Source: a candidate division WOR-3 bacterium
GTDB lineage: Bacteria > Hydrothermota > Hydrothermia > JBDRYB01
Direction of reading: 5' to 3'
NCBI GenBank assembly: GCA_049969615.1
Contig: JBMFOM010000017.1
Span: 1 to 24,745 of the forward strand
Length of the DNA: 24,745 nucleotides
In this document: in pieces, positions 24,691 through 24,745 of the stretch
How the letters are laid out: every line of letters starts with the position of its first letter
Numbering within the stretch: the first letter of the stretch is position 1
Notes under the pieces: model-generated
Seen by the model: only the letters and a program-made list of their open reading frames with translations
What the model was told of the DNA's origin: nothing
The model's database searches: none
Made by a program: the position numbers and the translations under genes

Positions 24691-24745
24691 ATGTTCAGAG
24701 GGGGTTCTCAGCGAGACCTATTCACATACGAGGACTATTCTGTGG
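24691..24745 (+). CDS. Possible 5' end (partial) of a Uma2-family endonuclease
   Basis: MFRGGSQRDLFTYEDYSV...; (F/Y)TYEDY is a common Uma2 N-terminal motif. Only 18 codons are visible. Confidence 0.3.
   Translation, partial: MFRGGSQRDLFTYEDYSV

Noticed and set aside
1-24745. CRISPR array, IS/transposase, rRNA
   Set aside because: No regularly spaced direct repeats, transposase motifs or rRNA sequence seen.

Overview
Chromosomal window from a diderm bacterium (lpxK, Omp85-family protein). A T9SS-CTD-like protein tail suggests an FCB-related lineage such as WOR-3; this is inference only. The right half (12.4-24.5 kb, + strand) is a core cluster: acyP, tRNA-Arg(CCT), tRNA-Trp, rpmG, secE, nusG, rplK, rplA, rplJ, rplL, rpoB, rpoC, with no tuf before it and no rpsL after it. 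The left half is mostly - strand: lpxK, a TPR/beta-barrel-like protein, 8-oxoG glycosylase, SppA with an extra barrel-like N-domain, a VUT/YhhQ queuosine-precursor transporter, a shortened class-III aminotransferase, a structured intergenic region with a 25-aa ORF, a frameshifted HsdR_N-type nuclease, a small membrane protein, a NifX-like remnant, a tandem USP and an Omp85 protein. tRNA-Glu(CTC) and the end of a CTD protein lie on the + strand. Most notable: (1) a dispersed ~110-bp element in inverted copies at 209-317 and 4309-4418, containing an 11-7-11 palindromic site that recurs after rpoC, twice next to nuclease-like accessory genes; (2) a recurring TTG(A/C)A(A/C)-N18-TANNNT-N6-start pattern implying widespread leaderless mRNAs, including a probable CTG start and a bidirectional promoter with one shared palindromic -35; (3) a nuclease gene switched off at an A7 tract; (4) a hairpin-rich leader plus SD-sequestered small peptide, resembling a type I toxin-antitoxin locus; (5) RNA polymerase substitutions in the rifamycin pocket and bridge helix; (6) a tRNA whose first base is the last base of the acyP stop codon. 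All calls are by eye; no searches were run.
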